Below, piece by piece: positions 50,466 through 60,965 of a stretch of 64,000 nt of DNA (position 1 is its first letter; each line of letters starts with the position of its first letter). Below the pieces are notes generated by a model. That model had not been told where the DNA came from. It saw only the letters and a list, made by a program, of their open reading frames with translations, and did no database searches. This DNA is from Thermoplasmata archaeon (lineage in GTDB: Archaea; Thermoplasmatota; Thermoplasmata; Lutacidiplasmatales; UBA184). The DNA lies in the NCBI GenBank assembly GCA_022749815.1, contig JAKIWV010000001.1:452124-516123 (forward strand). Reading direction: 5' to 3'. Both the position numbers and the translations under genes were made by a program.

Positions 50466-50664
50466 ACCGTCGATCGCGAAGGTGGTGAATTGCCTTCTTG
50501 GGACGGCCCCCTTCAATCGAGGCGGGTCCCCGTCCGGATCAGGCTCGGTGTCACCGCGCACAGAAACTCGCTACCATGCACAGATACCCCCGCACAGAAA
50601 CCCGTTCTCGGGCAAGGCCCCCTCGCCGGCGAACGTTAAATAGCGCTAGCCTGCTCGACCGCTT

Positions 50665-50787
50665 GGCCGACGGCCATAGCGGTGGGGCAACACCCGGTCT
50701 CATTCCGAACCCGGAAGTTAAGCCCACTGGCGATCCGCGCGGTACTGAAGTACGCGAGTCTACGGGAAACGCGGAAAGTTGTCGGCC
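50665..50787 (+). rRNA. rrf: 5S rRNA (unlinked)
   Basis: ACGGCCATAGC...CACCCGGTCTCATTCCGAACCCGGAAGTTAAGCC; paired ends ggccgac/gtcggcc; TTAAATA box upstream. Confidence 0.95.
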
Positions 50788-50869
50788 TCCTCCCCTGCTT
50801 CTCTGGGAAGGGGCGCGCGGGGCCGGGCCGCGGAACCCATTAAATCAGCCGCCGAGGTCGGACCTGTTC

Positions 50870-51784
50870 ATGTGGCTGGGGGCGCACATCGGCATCGCCG
50901 AGGGTTTGCCGGACGCGGCCGTGACCGGCCGACGAATCGGCTGTGATGCGATCCAGATCTTCTCGAAGAGTCCCCAGATGTGGGGGGCCGCCCCGATCGA
51001 CCCCGCCAACGCCGGTGCGTTCCGCGAGGCGGTCGAACGGGAAGGACTCCGGACCTCCGCGGTGCATCAGAGCTACCTTCCAAACCTAGCCTCGCCCAAG
51101 AAGGCCCTGCTCACCCGGTCGCGCAAGGCCTTCGTGGACGAGCTCCGTCGCGCCGAGCTGCTGGGAATCCCCTCCCTAATCTTTCATCCGGGGGCCCACA
51201 CCGGCGGCGGCGCGGAGGCCGGGCTCCGCACGATCGTGGAAAGCATCGATTGGGCGATCGGCCAGACGCCCGGGCTGACCTGCCGGGCGCTGCTCGAGAA
51301 CGCCGCGGGACAGGGCACGACCCTAGGCTCGACCTTCGAAGAATTGGCCTGGGTCCTGGACCACGTCTCGGACCGGGAGCGGATCGGTGTCACGATCGAC
51401 ACGTGCCACCTGTTCGTATCGGGGGTCGATTTCAGGACCGATGACCTGTACGCCGCCGTGGTGGCGAGACTGGAAGCAACGGTCGGACTCCGGAACGTCC
51501 GCGCGTTTCACCTGAACGACTCCAAGGGGCCGCTGGGCTGCAAGTTGGACCGCCATGAGAACATCGGGAAGGGCGAGCTCGGGCTGGAAGGATTCCGGCG
51601 GATTGTGAACGATCCCCGGTGGGTATCGACCCCCGGCTACCTCGAAACACCGATGGGAGAGGACGAGTACGGCGCGTACGAACGCGACCTGGTCTCACTC
51701 CGGTCGTTGCTCAGGAACGCCCCGGAGGCGGCCCGCGCGAGCCGTCCCGTCGCGCGGAGAAAGGATTCTGTCTCGGCACCTTAA
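50870..51784 (+). CDS. nfo: endonuclease IV
   Basis: LGAHIGIA, QIFSKSPQ, FHPGAH, LLENAAGQG, IDTCH, FHLNDSK, DRHENIG. Confidence 0.95.
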   Translation: MWLGAHIGIAEGLPDAAVTGRRIGCDAIQIFSKSPQMWGAAPIDPANAGAFREAVEREGLRTSAVHQSYLPNLASPKKALLTRSRKAFVDELRRAELLGIPSLIFHPGAHTGGGAEAGLRTIVESIDWAIGQTPGLTCRALLENAAGQGTTLGSTFEELAWVLDHVSDRERIGVTIDTCHLFVSGVDFRTDDLYAAVVARLEATVGLRNVRAFHLNDSKGPLGCKLDRHENIGKGELGLEGFRRIVNDPRWVSTPGYLETPMGEDEYGAYERDLVSLRSLLRNAPEAARASRPVARRKDSVSAP

Positions 51785-51823
51785 TATGCGCTCCTCGATG
51801 GAACCGCACCGGTGAGCGCGTCC

Positions 51824-52654
51824 ATGGCATCGCCGGAGGTCGTCGAGCGGCTCTCGGCCTCGGCGCGCCAGATCCGGCAAGACATCATCCGGATGACCTA
51901 TCACGCCGGGAGCGGCCACCCGGGAGGCAGTTTGTCGGTGACAGACCTCGTCGCCGCGCTCGTCTTCCATGAGCTCCGCATCGATCCAGAGCATCCCGAT
52001 TGGCCCGAACGGGACCGGCTCGTTCTGTCGAAGGGGCACGCCGCCCCCGCGCTCTACTCCGCTCTTGCTCACCGGGGATTCCTCGACCCAAAGGTACTCC
52101 CCACGTTGCGCGAGCTCGGCAGCCCCCTTCAAGGACATGTCGACCGCCGGAAGTTGTCCGGAGTGGAGGCATCGACCGGCTGCCTTGGGCAAGGGATTGG
52201 AATGGCCGTCGGCATGGCGCTCGATGCCCGGCTCGCGAAACGGCCGAGCCGCGTCTATGCGATCGTGGGCGACGGCGAGTGCCAATCCGGCCTCACCTGG
52301 GAAGCGCTCATGGCGGGTGGCCACTATGCCCTCGATAATCTCGTCGTGCTGCTCGACCGGAACGGGCTCGAGACCGACGGCAAGACGGAAGACCTGATGG
52401 GCATCGAACCGATCGCCGACAAGTTCCGGGCTTTCCGTTACGATACCGTCGAGATCGACGGCCACAACTTCCCGGCGATCCTCGACGCCCTGGCCCACGC
52501 GCGGGCCACGAAGGGACACCCGACGGCGATCGTGGCCCGGACCGTGAAGGGCAAGGGGGTCTCGTTCATGGAGAACCAGCACGCGTGGCACGGCAAGCCG
52601 CCCAACCGGGAAGAGGCGGAACGGGCCCTCGCCGAGCTCGGCGGGAGCCTCTGA
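51824..52654 (+). CDS. transketolase N-terminal subunit
   Basis: SGHPGGSLS, DRLVLSKGH, GDGECQSG ThDP motif. Confidence 0.93.
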   Translation: MASPEVVERLSASARQIRQDIIRMTYHAGSGHPGGSLSVTDLVAALVFHELRIDPEHPDWPERDRLVLSKGHAAPALYSALAHRGFLDPKVLPTLRELGSPLQGHVDRRKLSGVEASTGCLGQGIGMAVGMALDARLAKRPSRVYAIVGDGECQSGLTWEALMAGGHYALDNLVVLLDRNGLETDGKTEDLMGIEPIADKFRAFRYDTVEIDGHNFPAILDALAHARATKGHPTAIVARTVKGKGVSFMENQHAWHGKPPNREEAERALAELGGSL

Positions 52655-52664
52655 GGAGCGACCG

Positions 52665-53612
52665 GTGGAACGGAAGTCCGAGAGCCTGCGGGACGCGTAT
52701 GGTAAGACGCTGGTCGAACTGGGCGAACGCGATCCTTCCTTGGTGGTGCTCGATGCCGACCTGTCCGGATCCACGCGCACCGCCCTCTTCGGGAAGCGGT
52801 TTCCGGACCGCTTCTTCAACGTCGGCGTGATGGAACCTACGATGATGACCATCGCCGCGGGTCTCGCGCTCGGCGGACGGACGGTCTTCGCCAGCACCTT
52901 CGCGGTCTTCGCGGCGGGCCAAGCGTACAATACCGTCCGGCAATCGGTGGGATACAATCGCGCGAACGTGAAGATTGTCGCGACCCATGGTGGCCTCCTC
53001 GTGGGGGGCGACGGCGGCACCCACCAGATGCTCGAGGACATCGCGCTGATGCGGAGCCTCCCCGGCATGACGGTCGTGGTGCCGGCCGACGGCCCCACGA
53101 CACGGGCCGCGATCCTAGCGATCGCCTCCTTCGAGGGCCCGGCCTACGTCCGGCTCACGAGGGAGAATCTGCCGGTCGTGACCGACGGCACCTTCGCGCT
53201 CGGCCGGGCCGGGCAGCTCCGTGAGGGAACGGACCTGACGATCGTGGCGATCGGCTCGATGCTCGCCCGGGCGCTCGACGTGGCCGAGGAGCTCCACCAA
53301 GCCGGGGTGGAGGCCCGTGTGCTCGACTTTGCGAGTGTGAAGCCGGCCGATGAGAAAGCGCTGATACGGGCCGCTCGAGAAACGGGCGCGATCCTGACGA
53401 TGGAAGAGCACAACGTGCTCACGGGATTGGGCGCCCTCGTCGCGTCCGCCACCTCCACCACGTATCCGGTACCGGTCCGGCAGATCGGGGTGCCGGACCT
53501 GTTCGGGGAGAGCGGCGATCCCTGGAAGCTCCTCGATCACTACGGGCTCTCCCAGAAGCGGGCGCTGGACGAGGCCTGGGCGTTGCTCCAGCTCCGCGGA
53601 AAGGTTTCGTAG
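52665..53612 (+). CDS. transketolase C-terminal subunit
   Basis: [25 protein letters not shown]. Confidence 0.93.
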   Translation: MERKSESLRDAYGKTLVELGERDPSLVVLDADLSGSTRTALFGKRFPDRFFNVGVMEPTMMTIAAGLALGGRTVFASTFAVFAAGQAYNTVRQSVGYNRANVKIVATHGGLLVGGDGGTHQMLEDIALMRSLPGMTVVVPADGPTTRAAILAIASFEGPAYVRLTRENLPVVTDGTFALGRAGQLREGTDLTIVAIGSMLARALDVAEELHQAGVEARVLDFASVKPADEKALIRAARETGAILTMEEHNVLTGLGALVASATSTTYPVPVRQIGVPDLFGESGDPWKLLDHYGLSQKRALDEAWALLQLRGKVS

Positions 53613-53649
53613 TGCCAGCACACTGGGACCGGTGGCTCTCGGAGGTCCG

Positions 53650-54321
53650 ATGAAGCTCTTCCTCGATACCGCGAACCTCACCGAAATCCGCACGATGTGG
53701 GAGACCGGGATCCTCGACGGGGTCACCACGAACCCGACGCTCGTGGCCCAGGAAGGCCGCGTCTTCGAGGACGTGCTCAAGGAGATCTGCGCCCTCGGCG
53801 TTCCCTCCGTCTCCGCCGAGGTCGTGGCAACGGACAAGGACGGGATGCTCAAGGAAGGGCGCTACCTGGCTGCTCTTCACCCCTCGATCTACGTGAAATG
53901 CCCGATGACGCCCGCCGGGCTCGGCGCGACCAAGGTCCTCGCCGCGGAGGGGATCCGCGTCAACATGACGCTCGTCTTCTCAGCGAACCAGGCGCTCCTC
54001 GCCGCGAAGGTCGGAGCTACGTACGTGAGCCCGTTCATCGGCCGGCTCGACGACCATGGAGAGGACGGCATGGCGCTCATCCGGGACATCGTGCTGATCT
54101 ACCGGAACTACCGGTTCCCGACCCAGGTGCTCGCCGCGAGCATCCGTCACCCGGTCCACGTGCTGGACGCCGCCAAGGCCGGGGCAGACATCGCGACGCT
54201 TCCGTATTCCGTGATGGAGAAGCTGGTCCACCACCCGCTGACCGATATCGGCCTGGCCCGGTTCCTCAAGGACTGGGAGAAGGTACCGAAACCGCTGCGC
54301 GTTCCCCCGTCGGACCGGTGA
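53650..54321 (+). CDS. tal: transaldolase (small TalC/Fsa type)
   Basis: [32 protein letters not shown]. Confidence 0.93.
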   Translation: MKLFLDTANLTEIRTMWETGILDGVTTNPTLVAQEGRVFEDVLKEICALGVPSVSAEVVATDKDGMLKEGRYLAALHPSIYVKCPMTPAGLGATKVLAAEGIRVNMTLVFSANQALLAAKVGATYVSPFIGRLDDHGEDGMALIRDIVLIYRNYRFPTQVLAASIRHPVHVLDAAKAGADIATLPYSVMEKLVHHPLTDIGLARFLKDWEKVPKPLRVPPSDR

Positions 54322-54602
54322 CGGCGACGGAGCTCCTCGACAAGTACTTGCGCCTGACCGCTGAGGCGCTCGCCCGGGTGAAACCGGTCGCGCCGAGTCG
54401 GTCGTTCCTCTACGGGGCGGCGCAGGATTTCCTGACGATGGCCCGGGCCTATCTTACCGACGCGCAACACTTCAAGGACGGCGGCGATCCCGAACGAGCC
54501 CTCGCTGCCGTGAGCTACGCCCACGGGTGGCTCGACGCCGGCGTGCGGCTGGGCGTGCTCGACGGGGGGGAAGACGATGCCCGCTTCACGCTCTTCCGGT
54601 GA
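54318..54602 (+). CDS. DUF357 family protein
   Basis: AYLTDAQHF...[17 protein letters not shown]. Confidence 0.85.
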   Translation: MTATELLDKYLRLTAEALARVKPVAPSRSFLYGAAQDFLTMARAYLTDAQHFKDGGDPERALAAVSYAHGWLDAGVRLGVLDGGEDDARFTLFR

Positions 54603-55236
54603 ACGGCGCAAGGCGGCGCCTCCGCCGGCGATCTCCGAGAAGACGCTCGTCGAGATCGAGACCCACCTGAAGCGGCGGGAGTCCCGACGCGATGAGCTTG
54701 TCGAGCGGGCCCGGCAGCTGCGGCGGCAGTCCCAGTTCGTGATGCACCAGCTGCATCAAGGCCGGCGACTGGAGGAGGCGATCCACGATGTGCGGGAGGG
54801 TGCCCGCGAGCTGACGAACACGCTCCGGGAGGAAGGGAGCGCAGACGTGGGACCCGTGATGGCGGCGCTCCAAGAGTGTGTAGAAGCGACGCTGCTCGAT
54901 GCCACGTTCCAGGGCGGGGAACTCCCCGGCCCGGCCGAGATCGGCGTGGAGCCCGAACCGTACCTGCTCGGCCTCGGCGACCTCGTCGGAGAATTGCGCC
55001 GTCGGGTGCTCACGGAACTGTCGGCCGGGGACCTCCCCGAGGCGGAGCGGCTACTGGCCCTGATGGAGGAGCTCACCCATGCCCTCGCGCGGTTCGAGGC
55101 CCCCCGAAGCATCGTACCGCTCAAGCCGAAACAGGATACGGCCCGCGCCCTGGTCGAGCGGACCCGCGGTGACCTGACGCTCGCCCGGCTCCTAGCTCGA
55201 GCCCGTCTTCCGCCGTCGACCCGGGAGGAGGAATGA
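54577..55236 (+). CDS. translin family protein
   Basis: RRDELV, LQECVEA, YLLGLGDLVGELRR, KPKQDTAR. Confidence 0.85.
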   Translation: MPASRSSGERRKAAPPPAISEKTLVEIETHLKRRESRRDELVERARQLRRQSQFVMHQLHQGRRLEEAIHDVREGARELTNTLREEGSADVGPVMAALQECVEATLLDATFQGGELPGPAEIGVEPEPYLLGLGDLVGELRRRVLTELSAGDLPEAERLLALMEELTHALARFEAPRSIVPLKPKQDTARALVERTRGDLTLARLLARARLPPSTREEE

Positions 55237-56024
55237 CTTCCTCCCACCGGGTCGTGGGACTGATCGGAGGGTCGGGGATCTACGAGGCCGGCCTCTTCAC
55301 GCCTACGGCGTTCCACAAGCTCTCGACCCCTTGGGGGCCGCCCTCCGCCCCGATCCAGGAGGGTCGGCTCGGGAACCTGCGCGTGCTGTTCCTCCCCCGC
55401 CACGGATCCGGCCACTCTATCCCGGCGCACCGGGTCAACTATCGGGCGAACATCGATGCGCTGACCCAGCTCGGCGCCGACTCCATCCTATCGGTGAGCT
55501 CGGTGGGCTCGCTGAAGGAGGAGCTCAAGCCGGGCGAGTTCGTCCTGCCGGCGCAGTTCGTCGACTTCACGAAGCAGCGACCGACCACGTTCTATGATGG
55601 GGGCAAGACCTACCACATCTCGATGGCCGACCCGTTCTGCCCCGAGATGTTGGGCCACGCCGCGGCCGCCGGTCGGACCGCCGGGGCCCCTTTCCACGAG
55701 GGCAAGACGTACGTGTGCGTCGAGGGTCCGCGGTTTTCCACCCGGGCCGAGTCCCGTTTCTTCCGGGGATTCGCGGACATCATCGGCATGACCTTGGTGC
55801 CCGAGATCACCCTGGCCCGGGAGCGCGCGCTCTGCTATGGCCTGCTGGCCATGGTGACCGACTACGACGTCTGGGCCGACCGGGCAGTCGACGCCCACGA
55901 GATCGTCCGTGTCATGCAGGAGAACGTCGCGCGGATGCAGAGCCTCTTGGCTACGTTGATGCCCCGACTCGATGCGCCCCGGACATGCTCCTGCGCGCAC
56001 ATCCTCGAGACCGCCGGGCTCTGA
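55233..56024 (+). CDS. mtnP: 5'-methylthioadenosine phosphorylase
   Basis: GLIGGSG, LPRHG, NYRANI, EGPRFSTRAES, VTDYD. Confidence 0.92.
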   Translation: MTSSHRVVGLIGGSGIYEAGLFTPTAFHKLSTPWGPPSAPIQEGRLGNLRVLFLPRHGSGHSIPAHRVNYRANIDALTQLGADSILSVSSVGSLKEELKPGEFVLPAQFVDFTKQRPTTFYDGGKTYHISMADPFCPEMLGHAAAAGRTAGAPFHEGKTYVCVEGPRFSTRAESRFFRGFADIIGMTLVPEITLARERALCYGLLAMVTDYDVWADRAVDAHEIVRVMQENVARMQSLLATLMPRLDAPRTCSCAHILETAGL

Positions 56025-56046
56025 GCCCCAGTGGGGCCGCCCCGGC

Positions 56047-56289
56047 TTAGTCCAATGGGGTCCGGCGGACCGTGATCGGGATCACACCGGCGCCGAACTC
56101 GAGCTCGGCGATCTCGACCGGGTCGATGAGCGTCGGGGGGGTCTCTACGAGGAGCGGCGCGCCGAGGGAGATCTGGAGGGCCCGGGCCCCGAGGATCCGG
56201 GCGCGCTCGAAGCGGGTGAAGTCTTCGGAGCGGATCTGCGTTGCCGCCGCTCGCCCACGGCCGACCGGATGGGACGGGGACGGAGCCAT
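56047..56289 (-). CDS. rpoK: RNA polymerase subunit K (Rpo6)
   Basis: [21 protein letters not shown]...IPITVRR. Confidence 0.95.
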   Translation of the reverse strand: MAPSPSHPVGRGRAAATQIRSEDFTRFERARILGARALQISLGAPLLVETPPTLIDPVEIAELEFGAGVIPITVRRTPLD

Positions 56290-56357
56290 TGTCGCAAAAA
56301 CCAAGGGCAGCGGCCAGTTAAGGGTCGCTATATACGCTTTTCCGAGAGCCGGCCCCG

Positions 56358-57230
56358 TCAGTCTCCGGTGACGTCCTCGAGGAATTCCGCGATCTGGCCG
56401 AGGAACTCCCGGGGCTGCTCGAGCACGGGGTAGTGGCTGCTCCGGGGCAGGATCCGGAGGTGGGCCGTTCGGATCCGGTTGGCCATATCGATCGACGCGT
56501 CCAGGAAGTAATCGTACCGGCCGACGAGCACGAGCATCGGGATGAAGATTTGGGAGTAGTACTTCCGGCCGTCCCAGTGCGCCATCGTGCCATCGAGGAC
56601 AAACTCGTCCCCGGTCCGGGTCATCATGACGTGATAAACTTCTTCGTTGAGCTTCGTCGCCTTCAGGTCGGGCGGGGGCGACGCCGAGAACCGCTCGGAG
56701 AACGGGGCCATGATACGGGCGGCCAGGTCGCGGTATTCCCTGCTCTTGAAGTCGCCCGCGTCGGAGAGTTCGCGAAGGCGCAGGCGAAGGACCGGCGCAG
56801 TGTGGTCGAGGACGTACCGCAGGGCCGCTCGCAGGTCCGCTGCGCCCCCGGCCGTCGCGCACATGAGGAGCGACGTGAGCCGGTCCGGAAACCGGTGGGC
56901 GTACTCGAGTGCCGTAAAGCCGCCCGCGGAGTACCCCAGCAGATGCAGCTCCTTGATGTCGAGGGCCCGGCGGATCGCCTCAATGTCCTCGGCCTGGTTC
57001 TCGATCGTGTACGCGCTGGCGCGAGCGGGTCGCCAAGAGCGGCCGACGCCGCGCGGATTGAAGAGTACGACGCGAAGGTGGGAGTCGGCCAACTTCAGAA
57101 TGGCCCGGAGATAGTGGTAGGTGAATCCAGGTCCGCCGGGGTGGACGAGGAGCGTCGCGGGCCCCCTCCCCCGGGAGACGTACTCGAACCGGCGGTTGCC
57201 GGACACCTTGACGAACCCGGCCGGGGGCAT
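56358..57230 (-). CDS. proline iminopeptidase-type alpha/beta hydrolase
   Basis: [30 protein letters not shown]. Confidence 0.85.
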   Translation of the reverse strand: MPPAGFVKVSGNRRFEYVSRGRGPATLLVHPGGPGFTYHYLRAILKLADSHLRVVLFNPRGVGRSWRPARASAYTIENQAEDIEAIRRALDIKELHLLGYSAGGFTALEYAHRFPDRLTSLLMCATAGGAADLRAALRYVLDHTAPVLRLRLRELSDAGDFKSREYRDLAARIMAPFSERFSASPPPDLKATKLNEEVYHVMMTRTGDEFVLDGTMAHWDGRKYYSQIFIPMLVLVGRYDYFLDASIDMANRIRTAHLRILPRSSHYPVLEQPREFLGQIAEFLEDVTGD

Positions 57231-57266
57231 GGGGGCGGCATCGGTCAGCGGGCTTAAGTCCCACCG

Positions 57267-57549
57267 CCAGCGAAACGCCGCTGTGAGCCACTCCCGCAAG
57301 AAGCTACTCCCACGGGCGGCCCACTCCCACAAACTGCCTTGGGTTTCTCGTTCCCGAGCCGAGGTGGGGAGGTTAAACCCGGACTGAACGCAGCTTGGTC
57401 CACCCGAAGCCAAACCGGGATCTCGGGGGTCCCGATCGTTCCCCATTCGACGGACGTGAGAAAGGGCTCGTGGGAAATTCCTTTAGTGATTCAAGGTTGG
57501 CCCCGATTCCCTCGAACGGAGGAGTGGGAGAGGCCCGCGTCACCGCTGG
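57267..57549 (+). ncRNA. candidate structured ncRNA, class unknown
   Basis: Five nested helices pairing the two halves; G-U pairs favour the + strand; no credible ORF. Confidence 0.45.
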
Positions 57550-57567
57550 GAGGGGAAGGAACCCGCT

Positions 57568-57831
57568 GTGAACCCGCCCGTGGAAGCTCCTCACGCCGCG
57601 GAAGCCGCACGATTGAGGGCGCGGCACCAGCTCCGTCAGGTCCTCTCATTACTCGCGCTTCTGGACGCTGGAGTGTTGATCATAGTAGTTGGTCTCGCAG
57701 TGGCCGGGGCGGAGTTTCGGTGGCCGGCTCCGGAACTCCTCGGGGTGCTCCTTCTCGGAGTAGGTGCCATTCTCAGCGCGCGGGTCATGATTGCAGTGCG
57801 GCTCTATCACCGGTCCGGCAATCTCCTCTGA
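57568..57831 (+). CDS. small 2-TM protein
   Basis: GGAGG upstream; two hydrophobic helices. Confidence 0.5.
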   Translation: MNPPVEAPHAAEAARLRARHQLRQVLSLLALLDAGVLIIVVGLAVAGAEFRWPAPELLGVLLLGVGAILSARVMIAVRLYHRSGNLL

Positions 57832-57947
57832 CCGGTGTACGCTGAGGTGGGCCCGAGATCGGTCCGTCGTCGGGGACCGCCCATCGATCGGTGGGCTGGC
57901 ACCTCCGGAGGGTCGTCGGCGACGAAGCTGGCCAGAGTGGACCGGAG

Positions 57948-58021
57948 TGCGGGCACCGGGATTTGAACCCGAGTTATAGGCTTGGCAAGCCTATGTGATA
58001 ACCAGACTACACTATGCCCGC
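57948..58021 (-). tRNA. tRNA-Gly (GCC)
   Basis: GCGGGCA acceptor, TAGGC-TT-GCC-AA-GCCTA, GGTTCAAATCC. Confidence 0.95.
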
Positions 58022-58293
58022 AGTCCGCGGGCCATGAGCCGTGCGGTCTAAAACGGCTCCTCCGCAGCCGTTCGCCGCGGAAACGGGACGCCGACGGGCC
58101 GGGTCGATGTAGGGAAGGTTCTTAGCTAGTCGGAGCCACCATGGGGTGCAGTACGAGGCTTCCGGGCGTTCCAGCGACGAGTGGGTTCGCTTCATCCCAC
58201 CCATCGTGAGACGCTGCAAGGGAGCGACTAGGTGGATTGCATCTTTCGTGACGGGTCAGCCTTGAGCTAGCGGAACTTCGGAAGTGAGTAACC

Positions 58294-58605
58294 GTGCGGG
58301 AACGTTCTCGGTCTGGGGTGGTGGTAGGGTCTTCCCTGTTCATCGGACTGGTTATCGGAGGGCTCATTGAGTTTTTCACGCCTTGGCTTGAGGGATTTCT
58401 AGGCGTGAGCGCGGTGGACATCTTTGGGATCGGTCTGGGGATCGTCGAGGGCCCGGCGTTGATCTCCGCCATTGTCCTCGCCCGGAAGGTGACCCGGATG
58501 TGGGTGCGAAGCGCCCTGCAGGCCACCGGGCCGTTCCTCGGTTTCTTCGCCTACGTGGTCGCCTATGGCGTCCTTCGCCACCCTCCGTTCGCCTTCCCGT
58601 TCTGA
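58294..58605 (+). CDS. small 3-TM protein
   Basis: Hydrophobic 103-aa ORF. Confidence 0.5.
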   Translation: MRERSRSGVVVGSSLFIGLVIGGLIEFFTPWLEGFLGVSAVDIFGIGLGIVEGPALISAIVLARKVTRMWVRSALQATGPFLGFFAYVVAYGVLRHPPFAFPF

Positions 58606-58756
58606 GTGGGTGTTTTCCCGTCAGGTTTTACCGGGGGGTCAGGGCCGCACGTCGGGTTCACCGACGCGGCGTTAATACGCGTGGTTGACTCGCGCTCCGT
58701 CCCCGGGGGTCGAATCCTTCGGACGCGCCGTCGAGGCCATGGGAGAGCAGGAGCAC

Positions 58757-59533
58757 ATGAGCGCCGACCGACCGCTGGTCGAGGGCGAGCCGGTCATTGT
58801 CCGGCGTCGTGAGGGGGAAGCCTACCTCCTCGCGTTACGAGCGACACCTCAATCCGTGGAGGGAGTCGGGGTGATCGATCTCTCGGGGCAGGTAGGCGCG
58901 CCGCCCGGTGGAACCATCGAGTGGGCGGGGGCGACCTACCGGATCCTCCGACCGTCCCTCGCCGACCTTTTACGGCAGCTCCGACGGCGCGCCCAGATAA
59001 TCACCCCCAAGGATGCCCAGCAGCTGCTGTACCTCGCTCAAGTGGGCCCCGGTACACGGGTCGCCGAGGCCGGCGCCGGAAGCGGCGCGTTGACCGTGGT
59101 TCTTGCCCACGCGGTGGGAGCTGCGGGGCACGTGGTCTCCTACGATCGTCGCTCCGATTTTCTCGAAGTGGCCCGCCAGAATGTTACCCGCGCCGGATTA
59201 TCCGACCGGGTCCGGTTCGTGGAGCGGGACGTGACGGTGGACGGCTTCGACGAACACCTGCTCGACGGGATCGTCCTGGACGTTCCCGAACCATGGGGGG
59301 CTCTCGAAGCGGCGCGCAAGGCGCTCGCGATCGGGGGGGCCATGGCGGCCTATACTCCGACGTACAACCAGCTCGAGCGAACCGTGCGGACCCTGCGCGA
59401 CCTCGGATTCGAGGAGGTGCGGAGCATCGAGCTTCTCGAACGGACGCTCCACGTCGGCGAGGGAGGGACGCGTCCCGAGTTCGAGATGCTGGGCCACACG
59501 GCCTTCCTCACCGGAGCTCGACGAGTGAGCTGA
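58757..59533 (+). CDS. trmI: tRNA (adenine-N1) methyltransferase
   Basis: RRAQIITPKDA, EAGAGSGALT, LDVPEPW, MLGHTAFL. Confidence 0.93.
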   Translation: MSADRPLVEGEPVIVRRREGEAYLLALRATPQSVEGVGVIDLSGQVGAPPGGTIEWAGATYRILRPSLADLLRQLRRRAQIITPKDAQQLLYLAQVGPGTRVAEAGAGSGALTVVLAHAVGAAGHVVSYDRRSDFLEVARQNVTRAGLSDRVRFVERDVTVDGFDEHLLDGIVLDVPEPWGALEAARKALAIGGAMAAYTPTYNQLERTVRTLRDLGFEEVRSIELLERTLHVGEGGTRPEFEMLGHTAFLTGARRVS

Positions 59534-59534
59534 C

Positions 59535-60302
59535 GTGGTCGCATTCGGGCTCGAGGTGGGCGGGATCGTTGGGGTGCTCCTATCGGCCGGGTTCGTCTAC
59601 TTCGAGGTCGGAAAGTTTGCCACGCCGCAGGTTCCCAAGTCGCGCTTCGACGAGGGCAAGGCGATCGTCGCCTACGTGGTGGGGCTGTTCGTCGGGATTC
59701 CCCTGGCGCTCGTCTGGATCTTCTTCATGGTCGCGCTGGCCAGCAGAGGGTGGATCTCTGCGATCGTCGACGTGGTGCTGCTCGTGGCCGCAGCGGACAT
59801 CGCCCAGACGGCCCTCCTCCGGACCCATTTCTTCGGCTTCACGCCGGCCGACCCGTTCTACGCCCTCGCCGCTCGCGCGGGGATCGGGGGACTTCTGACG
59901 GTCGGCACGCTCGCGGTATACAATTGGGGCTCCGTGAATGCCCTCAGTCTCGGGCTCGCGTTGCTCCAGTCGCTGGCCCTCGTGTCGATTCAGGTGACCG
60001 CGGGCCTTCGGGGCCTGCTCCCCGCGCCGACCGCGTACTCCGTGCTTAGGCAGCGGCTGGCTTCGTTTGTGTTGCTCATCGTCCTCTACGTGCTCACTTC
60101 GTCCGGCGGTTTCTATGGCACCGCCTACGGATTGGGTGGGGCAGCCATTGCGATCGGCGGGGCGGCGTTCCTCTACTGGGACGCACGACCGACGGTCCTG
60201 GCTCCGTACCGTTCCCGCCCCCGCGCCCCGGCGACGCCCGGAGCGGTGGCGAGCCGATTCAATCGTCGGGCGCCCGGCGACGGCAAGCGAAAGCTTCCAT
60301 GA
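59535..60302 (+). CDS. polytopic membrane protein
   Basis: About 7 TM; starts 1 nt after trmI. Confidence 0.7.
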   Translation: MVAFGLEVGGIVGVLLSAGFVYFEVGKFATPQVPKSRFDEGKAIVAYVVGLFVGIPLALVWIFFMVALASRGWISAIVDVVLLVAAADIAQTALLRTHFFGFTPADPFYALAARAGIGGLLTVGTLAVYNWGSVNALSLGLALLQSLALVSIQVTAGLRGLLPAPTAYSVLRQRLASFVLLIVLYVLTSSGGFYGTAYGLGGAAIAIGGAAFLYWDARPTVLAPYRSRPRAPATPGAVASRFNRRAPGDGKRKLP

Positions 60303-60351
60303 CCGGGACGCCGCGGAGAGAGGCGAAGAAAAGGGTTGGGACTCGCTCGAT

Positions 60352-60870
60352 CTACGGTACCGCGAGTGAGGGGAACACGTTCACGGTGAGCGTGACCACC
60401 ACGAGCAGGACGATGCTCGCGATGAACAGCGCGCCGTTGGCCCGGCGTTCCGAGGCGAGGACCCGACCCTCATCGGCGGTGGTCGCGCTCGAGGACCGAA
60501 GGCCGTAGTGTAGTTTCACCGCGGAGCCAAAGCCGAGCGCGGCCAAGCCGAGGACGGCGATCAGTTTCCCCACCAGGGTGGCGGTGGCTGCGTTGGCCGC
60601 CCAGGTCAATCCGCAGTTCGACGGCGGAGTCCCGGTGACAAAGCACCCGCCAGGGTACGAGACCACGGCGACAATGACCAGCGCCGAGATGAAGATCAGC
60701 AGGAAGCCGACCGCCCGGGAGGCGAAGGAGATCAATCCCCACGGGTCGTGTCGCATATTCGGCAGATAGGGGCCGCCCGCCGGCGCCCACACGGGAGGTG
60801 GGGGCGTGGCCGGAGCGGGGGCGGGAGCGCCGTACGCAGGCGAGGCTCCTTGGGCGGTTGGGCCGGACAT
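60352..60870 (-). CDS. membrane protein with Pro-rich N-terminus
   Basis: ATG 60870 about 25 nt below a TTTAAATA box; three TM. Confidence 0.65.
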   Translation of the reverse strand: MSGPTAQGASPAYGAPAPAPATPPPPVWAPAGGPYLPNMRHDPWGLISFASRAVGFLLIFISALVIVAVVSYPGGCFVTGTPPSNCGLTWAANAATATLVGKLIAVLGLAALGFGSAVKLHYGLRSSSATTADEGRVLASERRANGALFIASIVLLVVVTLTVNVFPSLAVP

Positions 60871-60965
60871 GTGAGCCGTTTCCGCCGGTCCGATATTTAA
60901 AGCTTCTCTTCCGTTCGGCCACGTTCCGGCGAGCGGCGGGGGGAGTTCAGGGGAGTCGGGCAGGG

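Noticed and set aside
57267-57549. Assignment as SRP RNA, RNase P RNA or hammerhead ribozyme
   Set aside because: No SRP helix-8 CAGG-GNRA-AGCA motif, no GAGGAA/ACAGAA RNase P regions, and ctgtgag does not fit CUGANGA. Kept as an unknown RNA.
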